Shown: piece after piece, positions 40,031-49,879 of the stretch
How positions within the stretch are numbered: position 1 is the first letter of the stretch
Layout: the number at the start of each line of letters is the position of its first letter
NCBI GenBank assembly: GCA_963702435.1
Contig: CAVPCR010000003.1
Location: forward strand, 64,001-128,000
Origin: Candidatus Eiseniibacteriota bacterium
GTDB lineage: Bacteria; Eisenbacteria; RBG-16-71-46; CAVPCR01
Reading direction: 5' to 3'
Length of the DNA: 64,000 bases
Notes under the pieces: generated by a model
Told to the model about the DNA's origin: nothing
Database searches by the model: none
The model's input: the letters and a program-made list of their open reading frames with translations, nothing else
Made by a program: the position numbers and the translations under genes

Positions 40031-41858
40031 CGAGCGAGAGCTTGACCACGATCGGCCGCCCGTGCGGACAGGCGAGCGGCACCTCGCAGGCGAAGAGGTC
40101 CTCGACGAGCTGGTTCATCTCGGCGAGGCCGAGGGGATCCCCCTTGCGCACGGCGGTGTGGCAGGCATAGCTCGCCGCCACCGCTTCCTCGAGCCCGGCG
40201 CCGGCGCGCCGCTCGCGGCCGAGGGTCTCGACGAGATCGAGCAGGAAGCGGCCGCGCTCCCAGCGCTTGATCTGCGGCGGCAGGGCGTGGACCGCGACCG
40301 AGCGCGGTCCGACCAGTCGCACGTCGAAGCCCAGTCGCTCGAGGCAAGGCTCCGCCTCGACCAGGAGATCGATGTCGGCGGGGGCGAGATCGAGAACCTC
40401 CGAAAAGAGGAGGGCCTGGCCGGCCACCGGGTTGGCGCGCATCTCGGCGAGCGCCTGCTCGTAGAGCACGCGCTCGTGCGCGACGTGCTGGTCGACGATC
40501 AGCATCCCGCCCTTGACCGGACAGAGGATGTAGGTGTTGTGGAGCTGCCAGAGCGGAACGAGCTCACCGGGAACGACGGTGGGCCAGGCGGCACCGATCA
40601 TGGCGCCCGCCGTCGCGGCGCGAGCGGCGGCGCCTGCATCCGGGAAGGCGGGCGCGCCGGGGGCGCCGGCGGTCGGCCCCGCGAACTCCGCGTCCCGGAC
40701 GAGGCCGCCGTGGGGGAGCGGTTCGCCGGGGCCCGGCGCGGGCGTGACATCACGGGTGAAGGAGTACTGGAGGCCGGAGTGTGGGCCGGGCGCCGGGCGG
40801 CCGCCCGGCGGGATGACGAAGGCGGCCGGCCCGAGGCGGACTCCGAGCTCGCGGATCGCGGCCTCGACGGCGCGGACGAGGGCGCCGTAGACCTCGTGCT
40901 CGCGGGAGAACTTGATCTCGCGCTTGGTCGGGTGGACGTTCACGTCCACGAAACGCGGATCGAGCGCGATCTCGAGGATGGCGAACGGATAGCGTCCGGC
41001 GGGCATGCGGTTGCGGTATGCGGTGCGCACCGCGGAGCCGAGGAGCGGGTTCTGCACCCAGCGCCCGTTGACGAAGAAGGTCTGGAAGTCGCGGTTCCCG
41101 CGGTTCAGGTCGGGACCGCCGACCAGACCGCTCACCTCGAGCATCTCGTTGGCGAAGGACACCGGCACCAGGTCGCCGGCGAGATCGGCGCCGTAGATCG
41201 CGCCGGCCCGCGCGGCGAGCCCTTCGACCGGCGGCAGATTGAGGATCTCGTCGTCGTCGAAGCTCAGGAGGAAGTGAATGCCCGGGAGGACGAGCGAGTA
41301 GCTCTGGACGACGCGCGTGACGGCGCGCATTTCGCCGCGATCCGAGCGCAGGAACTTGCGCCGGGCCGGGGTATTGAAGAAGAGGTCGGCGACGGTGACG
41401 GTCGTCCCCGGCGCGCGCCCGGTGGGCCCGGCGGTCAGGATGGCGCCGCCCGCGACCTCGATCTGGGTGCCGCCGAGGCTCGCCGGCGATCGCGTCGACA
41501 GGGTGAAGCGGGAGACCTGGGCGATGGTCGGCAGCGCCTCGCCGCGGAAGCCGAGCGTGCGGATCCGCTCGAGATCATCGGCCGTCGCGAGCTTCGACGT
41601 CGCGTGGCGGCGGAGGGCCAGGTAGGCCTCCTCCTCGCTCATCCCGGCGCCGTCGTCGAGGACGCGGAGGAAGCGATCCGGCGCGCCGCGCGCTGCGACC
41701 GAGATCTTTCGCGCGCCGGCGTCGATCGAGTTCTCGATCAGCTCCTTGGCCACCGAGGCGGGGCGCTCGATCACCTCGCCGGCGGCGATCAGCGCCACGA
41801 CTTCCGGTGGCAGGATGCGGATGCGCGGCGGTTCCGTCGTGGTCTGGGTTTCAGTCAT
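39999..41858 (-). CDS. mutL: DNA mismatch repair protein MutL
   Basis: IAAGEVIERPASVAKELIENSIDAG, GFRGEAL, DQHVAHER, CPHGRP. Confidence 0.97.
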   Translation of the reverse strand: MTETQTTTEPPRIRILPPEVVALIAAGEVIERPASVAKELIENSIDAGARKISVAARGAPDRFLRVLDDGAGMSEEEAYLALRRHATSKLATADDLERIRTLGFRGEALPTIAQVSRFTLSTRSPASLGGTQIEVAGGAILTAGPTGRAPGTTVTVADLFFNTPARRKFLRSDRGEMRAVTRVVQSYSLVLPGIHFLLSFDDDEILNLPPVEGLAARAGAIYGADLAGDLVPVSFANEMLEVSGLVGGPDLNRGNRDFQTFFVNGRWVQNPLLGSAVRTAYRNRMPAGRYPFAILEIALDPRFVDVNVHPTKREIKFSREHEVYGALVRAVEAAIRELGVRLGPAAFVIPPGGRPAPGPHSGLQYSFTRDVTPAPGPGEPLPHGGLVRDAEFAGPTAGAPGAPAFPDAGAAARAATAGAMIGAAWPTVVPGELVPLWQLHNTYILCPVKGGMLIVDQHVAHERVLYEQALAEMRANPVAGQALLFSEVLDLAPADIDLLVEAEPCLERLGFDVRLVGPRSVAVHALPPQIKRWERGRFLLDLVETLGRERRAGAGLEEAVAASYACHTAVRKGDPLGLAEMNQLVEDLFACEVPLACPHGRPIVVKLSLDDLDRRFGRT

Positions 41859-41992
41859 GATCGATCGGGTGATGGCGCCATGCCAATTCAGGACCGAATG
41901 TCGGCGGAGCATGCGCCGCACGCATGTGGAGTGTCAATCGAAACCTCGCCTGCATTGACCTGCGCCCCGAGCCGATGCTAGCGTCGGCCGTC

Positions 41993-42718
41993 ATGCAGCG
42001 GGAGGACACGGCGCACGAGCCTCATCCGGCGATCGTCATCACCACGCTCATCGATGCCCTGCCGTCCCGCGCGCGCGTGCTCGACCTGGGCGCCGGCGGC
42101 GGCACCTTTCCGTATGCGGCCTATCCGCAGCTCGCGATCGCTGCGGCGGAGCTCCGCCCGCGCCCCGGCACCGCCGCCCGCTTTGCCGGACGCCTGGTCA
42201 ACGCGAGTGCGAGCGCCCTCCCCTTCCGCACCGCCGCCTTCGACCTCGTCGTCGCGCACTGGCTCTTCGAGCACGTGGATAACCTCGGCGGAACGCTCGA
42301 CGAGGTCCGCCGCGTGGTGCGGCCGGGCGGGCTCCTGGCCGTGGCCGTGCCCAACTCGAAGAGCTTCGAGGATCGCCTCTATCGTCTGGCGAGCCATGTG
42401 TACAAGTATGCCTTCTTCCACTTCTCGAAGCGGATCGAGCACGTCCAGGTGCTGACGTTCGAGAGCATGGATGCGGAGCTCACGCGGCGAGGGTTCGCGC
42501 TCCTCCGCCATCGGACCGAGGATGCGGGCTACTGCTGGCTCGAGGTCGCCCAGCTCAGACGGTTCCGCCCGGGGTTCCTCCGGGTGTTCGCGTTGCTCCG
42601 CCGCGCCGGCATCGATGTCTTCAGCGGTGCGAACTACCGGTTCCTCTACTGGCTCCCGGAGCCCGGTCAGGCGGCGGCGCCGGCCGGGATCGGCGGCAGC
42701 TATCTCCTCCCGGAGTGA
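41993..42718 (+). CDS. Class I SAM-dependent methyltransferase
   Basis: VLDLGAGGG, LPFRTAAFDLV, VRPGG. Confidence 0.85.
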   Translation: MQREDTAHEPHPAIVITTLIDALPSRARVLDLGAGGGTFPYAAYPQLAIAAAELRPRPGTAARFAGRLVNASASALPFRTAAFDLVVAHWLFEHVDNLGGTLDEVRRVVRPGGLLAVAVPNSKSFEDRLYRLASHVYKYAFFHFSKRIEHVQVLTFESMDAELTRRGFALLRHRTEDAGYCWLEVAQLRRFRPGFLRVFALLRRAGIDVFSGANYRFLYWLPEPGQAAAPAGIGGSYLLPE

Positions 42719-42805
42719 GGGCGGGCGCGCGGCGATCGGTCGCTTCGCCCGCTGACTCTCGGGGGCGCTCTGCGCCGCCCGCGGGGAGGGTCTTTCAACA
42801 GCCTC

Positions 42806-44734
42806 CTAGCCGAGGCGGGCGATGAGTTCGTCGAAGGTGGAAACGTCGGCCGGGAAGTGGATCTGGTTCCCGCGCACGTCGAGGGCCGCGCCGGGGAACT
42901 CCTTCTCGACCTGGCCGAGCACGGTGCGCGCGCGCAGCACCATGCGGCCGCCGCCGCGGTCGGTGTGCGGATTGACGACGGCGAAGCGCGCGCGCCCGAG
43001 GCGGGCGAGCGCGTCCATGGCCCGCAGCTGCGACTTGAAGCGGCGGATGAAGGCGGCAATGATGTCATCCGGCGGCGCTGCGCCGTCGGCGCCCTCCAGC
43101 TCGAAGACGGTGAGCAGGAAGGGCACCGCGTAACGCTCGCTCCGTCGCACTTCGGCGCGAAGGAGCGCGGCGAATCCGCGCCGGTCGAGGATGTCGTCGC
43201 CCGGGCTCGGTGCGGCCGCCTCGGCGCCGGCGAGCGCCAGCGCGCCGGCCGCATGGAGGCCGAGCCGCTCGAGGAGGCGTCGTTCGTCCTCGCTCCACAG
43301 CTCGGCCGGGTCCGCGCTGGCCGGGGCGCTGCGGAAGACGGCGAGGGTGCCCAGGCATTCGTTGCCACGCCGGATGGGCGCGGCAAGGCCGTCCACCCGG
43401 CGATCCGCCACCATGAGGCCCGCCTTGATCTGGCTCCTGAGCGCGGCCCGCGCTCCCTGCGCGAGGTCCTCCTCGGCGGCGCGGAGCGCGCCCTCCTCCG
43501 CGGCCAGGGCGGTCGGGAGCGCGGCCACCACCTCGGGCTCGGCGGCACCCGGCAAGCGCAGCACGGCGAATTCGGGACGCAGCTCGCTCGCGATCGCCTC
43601 GCGCAGCGTGGCCACGACATCGGTGCGTTCGGTCGCTGCCGCGATGCGGGCGGCGAGATCGGCCATGCGCTGCGCCTCGGCCTGATCCCGCCTGAGCTGG
43701 GCCACGAGCCCGGCGAGCGAGAGGAGGCGGCCGAGGCGGCGGGCCGTGCGCCGGAGAATCATGAGCCGCTCGTCGCCTTCCTGCGCGGGGAGCCGCAGAT
43801 CGAGGAACCACACGACGCCGGGGACGGCCTCGAGCGGGAAGGCGGCCAGGGCGCGTCGCGGCGCGGCGGCCGCGGGCGCGTGGGTCGTGTCGTGCTTCAC
43901 GTACACCTGCGGCACGCCGGAGGCGAGCGCGAGGCGGGCCACCGTGTCGGGCCCCGCGACCTGGCCCGCGCTCGGACCGGCGGCGACCCACTCGCAGCCC
44001 GGGGCGCGGTCGTTCGGTGGGAGGGCGATGGCGCAGGCGTCGGCGCCGAGGAACTCGGCCCAGACGGCCGCCAGGCGGTGGAGCCTCGCGGCGAGCTCGT
44101 CCTCCCCGGCCAGCATCTCGTCCAGCCCGTCGCGGAGCATGGTCTCGAGTTGCGGCGCGCCGCGCCCGGGACCCGGCTCCGACGCCGGGGCGAGGCCGAG
44201 ATCGCTGTCGGGGGCGGGATCGCGTTCGATCCGGGGCGCCGCGGCGGGCACGAGCGCGCCGGCAGGTGCGAGCCCATCGGCGGGCGGCGGCCAACGGTCG
44301 GCGACGGGCGCTGCGCCGGGGGTTGCAGCAGGTGTCGCGGCCGGCGAAGCGACCGGAGTTGCTTGAGGCGTCGCGGCAGGCGCGAGATCGTCCGGCGAGA
44401 GCACGGCGGCGATCCCGGGATGGATATCGATCTTGAAGCCGTAGCGCTGCGCGGCCTCGCGCGTGGTCAGCACCTCGGCGGCGAGCCCGAGCGCGAGCAC
44501 GGACTCCCTGAGCGCGGCGGGTTCCTCGGGGACGACGACCAGATCGGGGGTCAGCGGCCGCAGCGAATCCACCTCGGTCGCGGTCGGCACGGCCAGGACC
44601 TGGGCGATCTTGTAGGGAGTCGAACCGGCGTCGAAGTGCACGGCGGCGACCACCTCGAGGTCCGGCCGCTGCGTCATGGCCGAGAGGAGCTCGAGCTGCT
44701 CCGGCGTGAGATGGACGAGCCCGACCCTGATCAT
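42806..44734 (-). CDS. GAF-containing protein with a degenerate GGDEF domain
   Basis: GAF-like APIRRGNECLGTL..WSEDERRLL; EVRRSERY..LRAMDALARLGRARF in place of GGDEF. Confidence 0.7.
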   Translation of the reverse strand: MIRVGLVHLTPEQLELLSAMTQRPDLEVVAAVHFDAGSTPYKIAQVLAVPTATEVDSLRPLTPDLVVVPEEPAALRESVLALGLAAEVLTTREAAQRYGFKIDIHPGIAAVLSPDDLAPAATPQATPVASPAATPAATPGAAPVADRWPPPADGLAPAGALVPAAAPRIERDPAPDSDLGLAPASEPGPGRGAPQLETMLRDGLDEMLAGEDELAARLHRLAAVWAEFLGADACAIALPPNDRAPGCEWVAAGPSAGQVAGPDTVARLALASGVPQVYVKHDTTHAPAAAAPRRALAAFPLEAVPGVVWFLDLRLPAQEGDERLMILRRTARRLGRLLSLAGLVAQLRRDQAEAQRMADLAARIAAATERTDVVATLREAIASELRPEFAVLRLPGAAEPEVVAALPTALAAEEGALRAAEEDLAQGARAALRSQIKAGLMVADRRVDGLAAPIRRGNECLGTLAVFRSAPASADPAELWSEDERRLLERLGLHAAGALALAGAEAAAPSPGDDILDRRGFAALLRAEVRRSERYAVPFLLTVFELEGADGAAPPDDIIAAFIRRFKSQLRAMDALARLGRARFAVVNPHTDRGGGRMVLRARTVLGQVEKEFPGAALDVRGNQIHFPADVSTFDELIARLG

Positions 44735-45396
44735 GCCGCCTCCGTGTCCGCGGCCCGGTCGGTCGCACCGGGCCCGGCGCGCCCGGGACCGCGCTTGTCC
44801 TCGGCGCGCAGATCGAGCATGCGCACGCCGCGCGAGGGCAGGTAATCGGCGCCCAGCGGCTCGGTCGCGCGCTTCAGGCGGCGCAGCACCTCCGCGATGC
44901 GGGACACCGCCGTCTCCAGCGCCCCGAGTCGCGCCGCGGGAATATTGGCGTCACGGCGCAGTAATTCGAGTTCGCCGGAGACGATGGCGAGCGGGTTCGC
45001 GATCTCGTGGCAGACCGCCACCGTGGTCTCGGCGAGCGCGCGCAGGCGCTCGACGCGGAGCCGTGCGGTCACCTCCTCGATCGTGAGGACGAGGCTCCCG
45101 GGCACCGCGGCCGGGCCCGGGACCAGCCGGAGCTGGACGAGGGCCGAGGCCGGCCCCTGGCGGAGGAGGACGGCGGGCTCCTCGACGGCGGCGCCGCGGG
45201 CGCGGGCCTGCTCGGCGTAGGCGCTGAGCGGCACTCCCGGCAGGAGGCCGGCGAGATCGGAGAGCGCGGCGACGCCCGGCGCGATGCGCTCGGCGGCCGT
45301 GTTCCGGAAGAGCGCGCGGCCGTTCGCGGCAAAGAGCCAGACTCCTGCCGTCAGCGCGTCCGCCGCCTGCGCGGCCAGTTCGGTTCGGTTCTCCAT
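44731..45396 (-). CDS. PAS + HisKA protein without an ATPase domain
   Basis: FRNTAAE PAS-like segment and VCHEIANPLAIV H-box. The ORF ends soon after. Confidence 0.7.
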   Translation of the reverse strand: MENRTELAAQAADALTAGVWLFAANGRALFRNTAAERIAPGVAALSDLAGLLPGVPLSAYAEQARARGAAVEEPAVLLRQGPASALVQLRLVPGPAAVPGSLVLTIEEVTARLRVERLRALAETTVAVCHEIANPLAIVSGELELLRRDANIPAARLGALETAVSRIAEVLRRLKRATEPLGADYLPSRGVRMLDLRAEDKRGPGRAGPGATDRAADTEAA

Positions 45397-45421
45397 CAGG
45401 GGGCCATTACCTGCCGCCGTT

Positions 45422-47707
45422 TCAGGGAGCCACCGCTCGCGCGGCTCCCTCGTTGCCCTGAGCATCAGCTGCACGCACGAGCACTGCTTCCCCGGCACCA
45501 TCCCGTCCCGGTTCGACCGGCGAGGTGAGTCCGGCCGCGCGCGAGCGCGTCGCCGCGAGAGCGAGATCGATCTCGAAGCGGAAGCTCTCCGCGCGCGAGT
45601 CGAAGATGCCGTCGGTCGGGAACACGGTCTCCCAGATCCGGGCATCGAGCGAGTACTCGAGCGCCCGGAGCGGGCTCAGCTCGTCCTCGACCTCGGCGTT
45701 CACGCGCAGTCGCTCCGGCCCCGCCCGCTCGACACGGAGCGTCGAGACCTTGGGCGGCGTGTTGTCGACGAGGAACGAGTTCGAGTCGAGCGCATCATCG
45801 AGCGCCGAGTGGTCCGGGTTCGAACGCCGGTCGCTGGCGATCACTTTGAGACGGTATTCGCCGTCCGGAAGCCCGGCCGTGCCGAAGGCGTGAGCCTGGT
45901 CCGGCACCCGCTCCGCGAGCGGGCGCCAGCGGCTCTCCTCCTCCCCGCGCAGGAAGAGGTCGAATTCGAGACGGTCGCCATTAGGATCGTCGGCCACCCA
46001 GTTGACGACCTTGACGTCCCGGAGCCATGGTACCTGGTCCCGGCGGAGCGGTTTCGGCGGCTGCCGGGGCCGCGAGAACTCGGCCTGGACCCCGTTCGGC
46101 ATGTTCACGGTGACCCGATCCGGCGGCCCGTCGCCCGGCTCCGCCATCAGGCGATCGGTCGGCTCGCTGACCTCGACGATCCGGATGCGCGGCGCCAGGT
46201 TCTCCTGCCGGTATGGAACGACGACCCGCGCGAGATCGGGCGATCTGGTCTCGGAGCCCGTGAGCGTGGCTTGCCACTGCACGAAGCGGGCGGGCGGGCT
46301 CGTGATGAGGGCTCCCTCCGCGCCGGTCAGCGGGGCCGACCACTCGCTCCAGGAATCGTCGGGTTTTCCCGTGTTACCGCTGCGCGTGCGGAGCTCGATC
46401 GCGGTGCCGGCCGGCCGTTCCCCCTCGTAGCGGAGCCGGCCCCAGGCCGCCACGTTCCCGGCATCGAAGGGCTCGGCCGTGATCGTGCCCGTCTTCTCGA
46501 CCGCTGGTCCCAGGCGGTAGATGCGGGCCGGATTCGCGGTGCCGAAGAGGATCCCCTGCTCGCTCCGGCAGAGCGAGAGCACCTGCGACTCGTCGGTCTC
46601 GAGGAGGCGCGTGCCGTTCCCGCGCGCGTCCACCGCGTAGATCGCGCCGGGATCGCCGGTGCCGGCGATGAACCCGCCGTCCTGCTCCGGGATGAGACAG
46701 AGCACCATGTTCTCGGTGGCGCGCCACAGCTCGATCGTGGCGCCGGCCGGCGTGCGGCGGTAGACGACGCCGCGCCCGGGCGGCGGCGCCTCGCGCTCGC
46801 GGCGCCGGCCGCTTCGCTCGTCGTCCCCATCCTCGCTGGAGCTGCCCTGGCGCGACGGGCGCACCTCGATCACCTCCCCGCCTACCGGCATGTCGGGCTC
46901 GTCGCGGCGCGCCGCGCTGCCGGTGGCGGCGATGAGGAGATTCCCCGCCGCGTCCCGGGCCAGAGCCTTGATCTCCTCCTCGCGCGCGTCGTAGAGGACG
47001 CGCGCCGTGCCCTGTGCCGTGATCTCGAGCACGAGACCCGAGCCGGACGTGCCGACGATCCAGCTCCCGGCCGATCCGGGGAGGAGACAGAGGAGGTGCA
47101 CCTCGTCCGAGTCGTAGACGACCGTGGCCTCTCCGCTCCGGTTCACGCGATAGAGGCGCCCCGCGTCGCCGGTCGCGGCATAGAGATCGCCCTTCGCGTC
47201 GATCGCGAGCGCCCACACGTAGCCTTCCGGCAGATCGCAGAAGGTCTCGGCCTTGCCGCCCGCGATGCGCAGGATCACGCCGTCGGGCGAGCCGCCGGCG
47301 TACACGGCGCCGTCCGGTCCGACGGCCACCGAGAGGATCTCGAGCTCGATCGAGTCGTGGAGGGTCGTGCCCTTGCCGCTCCGCGGCACTTCGACGACAA
47401 GCCCGCCGTCCCCCGTGCCGCCGTAGACCTTCCCGTCCCGGGCGGCCGCGAGCGACCAGATGTAGCTCTCGCCCGGCTCGAGCGCGAGGTCGAGCCGCGG
47501 GGCGAGGCGCGCCACGCCGCGGGCGGTGACCGAGATCCTCTCGGTCTCGGTCTGCATGAGATCGATCGGGCCGCTCACCTCCCAGTTCGCGGTGTCCACC
47601 GCGGGCGCGGGCGCGACTCCGAGTGCGATGGCCGCGAGCGCCAGGATTCCGGAGGCCACGGTCTGTCGAGGCAGTCTCACCATCTTCTCCCTCATCTCCT
47701 CCCTCAT
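45422..47707 (-). CDS. Secreted beta-propeller protein with C-terminal Ig/FN3-like region
   Basis: Signal peptide, repeated VYxGT/YAAT..G.(L/I)Y blades, RTRSGNTGKPDDSWSEWS. Confidence 0.8.
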   Translation of the reverse strand: MREEMREKMVRLPRQTVASGILALAAIALGVAPAPAVDTANWEVSGPIDLMQTETERISVTARGVARLAPRLDLALEPGESYIWSLAAARDGKVYGGTGDGGLVVEVPRSGKGTTLHDSIELEILSVAVGPDGAVYAGGSPDGVILRIAGGKAETFCDLPEGYVWALAIDAKGDLYAATGDAGRLYRVNRSGEATVVYDSDEVHLLCLLPGSAGSWIVGTSGSGLVLEITAQGTARVLYDAREEEIKALARDAAGNLLIAATGSAARRDEPDMPVGGEVIEVRPSRQGSSSEDGDDERSGRRREREAPPPGRGVVYRRTPAGATIELWRATENMVLCLIPEQDGGFIAGTGDPGAIYAVDARGNGTRLLETDESQVLSLCRSEQGILFGTANPARIYRLGPAVEKTGTITAEPFDAGNVAAWGRLRYEGERPAGTAIELRTRSGNTGKPDDSWSEWSAPLTGAEGALITSPPARFVQWQATLTGSETRSPDLARVVVPYRQENLAPRIRIVEVSEPTDRLMAEPGDGPPDRVTVNMPNGVQAEFSRPRQPPKPLRRDQVPWLRDVKVVNWVADDPNGDRLEFDLFLRGEEESRWRPLAERVPDQAHAFGTAGLPDGEYRLKVIASDRRSNPDHSALDDALDSNSFLVDNTPPKVSTLRVERAGPERLRVNAEVEDELSPLRALEYSLDARIWETVFPTDGIFDSRAESFRFEIDLALAATRSRAAGLTSPVEPGRDGAGEAVLVRAADAQGNEGAARAVAP

Positions 47708-49635
47708 CTCCTCCCTCCGGCCGCGGCGCTCTGCTCTTTGATCTCGAGATGCATCTCCTGGCAACCGTCCAGCTGATAGTCCGTCGTCACCTGCTCCTCG
47801 TGGAGCAACCGGCCCCAGCTGCCGCTGCGGCCTCCGGTCCGGCGGTTCGAATCCATGATCCGAAAGACGCTGCCCGGCAATCCCTGCATCTCCCGTCCGT
47901 CGACGACGACGCCGCGGGCGTCGCCGTGCAGCGTGACGCGCATCCGCTGGCGGCCGCTCCCCTCCTCGACGAGGGTGACGAGCTGGGCGAGGTCGGCCGG
48001 CGCGAACCGTCGCGGGGCGCGTTCGGACTCGAAGCGCGCCGCCTCGTCGGCCGAGCAGAAGCGGAGCAGGGCCGGCCCCGGCTCCGCGTCCGCGGGCACG
48101 GGGATGGTGAGCTCGATCGCTCGCCGCGGCGCGGCGCGCGGGTTCAGGAAGACGGTGGCCCGGATCGACTCGCCGGGCTCGATCTCCTCGCGATCGACGA
48201 TGACCTCATCGATCTCGGCGGCGGCGATCTCCGGGCGCGTGCGGATCTCGACCGCGACCCGCCGGACATCCACCGGGGGAAGATCGTTGAACAGGAGCGC
48301 CGTCACCGGCGCCGAGACCGCCTCGGCGAGGCTCGCCGGCGCCTGGGCGGACGCGATGACGTCCCTGACCCGCAGCCGGGTCGAGTCGGCGAGGTCCACG
48401 GCGATATCGAGATCGAGCGTGGCATCGCCGAAGGCCTTCTCCTCCGCGGTGAAGCTGTTCACGGCGAGGATGCCGACGAACTGGGAGAGGAAGAACTTGT
48501 TGCGCACGATCTCGAAGCCGTAGTCGCGCGTCGCGCCGTCGAGCCCGTGGATGCGCACGGTCATCGGCACGAGCGAGGACTCCGGGCCGACACGTCCCGC
48601 GATGCCGGCGAGCTGATCGCGCGTGATATGACCGACCGGGAGGGCGGCCCTCCCGATCACGAAGGAGATGTTCTGCGAGGGGTAGACCGTGAGGACCTCG
48701 GCGGTCGTCATCGGCAGGTCCACTGCTCCCGCCTGGAACATGGGGTGCCCGAAGGCGAGCACGCGGTCGCCGTCGACATGGGTGATCGTGCCGAGGGCCG
48801 TGGCCTCGACGTCGCCGCGCACGAGCTGTACGCCGAGGAGCGAACCGGGGGCGAGCGCGGTCGCGCCCGGCGCTCCGGCGGCACTCGTGCCGTCCGTGGT
48901 GCTCGTGCCGCCCGTGGCGCCTTGAGTCCCCGTGCTGCCCGACGCGCCGCCGCTCACTCCCTCGACCCCGAAGCCGGCCAGGACCTCGCTCATCGCCGCG
49001 CGCGCCTGCGCCGTGAAACCGGCGAGGATGAGCGGGGTGGCGATCGGACGCAGGTCGGTGCCCGCGGCGGCGAGACGGGATCCGGGTCCGGGGCTCGCGC
49101 CGAGCGATCCTCCGCCCGGCAGCGGGCTCTCGATCGGCGCTCCGGCGAGGAGATCGAGCATCTGGCCGATCGGCGTCACGCCGGCGATCGGCCGCTCGGC
49201 GAATCCCCCGAGGTTGTAGGCGATCGCTCCGGCCAGGCGGCCGTCCAGGTACACGGGGCTTCCCGACATCCCGCGATAGATGCCGGTCTCGGCCAGCGGA
49301 CCGCCGTGGGCTTCGATGACGATGAGGTCACCCCCGGGCGACCAGTTCCGGAGTACGCCGAGCACCTCGACGTCGAACTCCTCGATGCCGCGCGGCGAGA
49401 ATGTCGTGCGCCCGCGACCGCGCATGCCGGGCCGGATCTCGCCGACGCCGATGAATCGCGTGCGATCGAGTGCGGCATCGCGGGCCGCGACCGCCGGCGC
49501 GAGGGGCGCTCCGGCGGCGGCATCCCCCGATCCCGGCAGGACCGCGAGCGCAACGCCGGCGGCGACGAGAAGAGCGAGGCGCGCGGCGCGCCGGCGCCGG
49601 GCGGCGCGGCGGCCGGACCATCCTGTGGATCGCAT
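47704..49635 (-). CDS. SpoIVB peptidase S55-domain protein
   Basis: GIYRGMSGSPVYLDGRLAGAIAY, GTITHVDGDRVLAFGHPM. Arg-rich signal peptide. Confidence 0.88.
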   Translation of the reverse strand: MRSTGWSGRRAARRRRAARLALLVAAGVALAVLPGSGDAAAGAPLAPAVAARDAALDRTRFIGVGEIRPGMRGRGRTTFSPRGIEEFDVEVLGVLRNWSPGGDLIVIEAHGGPLAETGIYRGMSGSPVYLDGRLAGAIAYNLGGFAERPIAGVTPIGQMLDLLAGAPIESPLPGGGSLGASPGPGSRLAAAGTDLRPIATPLILAGFTAQARAAMSEVLAGFGVEGVSGGASGSTGTQGATGGTSTTDGTSAAGAPGATALAPGSLLGVQLVRGDVEATALGTITHVDGDRVLAFGHPMFQAGAVDLPMTTAEVLTVYPSQNISFVIGRAALPVGHITRDQLAGIAGRVGPESSLVPMTVRIHGLDGATRDYGFEIVRNKFFLSQFVGILAVNSFTAEEKAFGDATLDLDIAVDLADSTRLRVRDVIASAQAPASLAEAVSAPVTALLFNDLPPVDVRRVAVEIRTRPEIAAAEIDEVIVDREEIEPGESIRATVFLNPRAAPRRAIELTIPVPADAEPGPALLRFCSADEAARFESERAPRRFAPADLAQLVTLVEEGSGRQRMRVTLHGDARGVVVDGREMQGLPGSVFRIMDSNRRTGGRSGSWGRLLHEEQVTTDYQLDGCQEMHLEIKEQSAAAGGRR

Positions 49636-49879
49636 GGACCTCCCTCGGTTGCGCGCACCCCGCGGTGCCGGCGTGAGGCGCGGGGCTCCGTCCCGTGGTT
49701 ATCGGCCGCCTGACGCCGGCCCTTGGCATCTCCCGCTGGAAGCTCGAGCCCGGGGCTCGGGAGGCTGCTGAGAAACCCTCCTCGCGTGCGGCGCACGGCG
49801 CTCCAGGCGAGGAGACTCGCGGCTTCTGAGCAGCCTCCAAACCGGTGAAGCCGGCAGTCCGTTCAATCTGGACGGGCCG

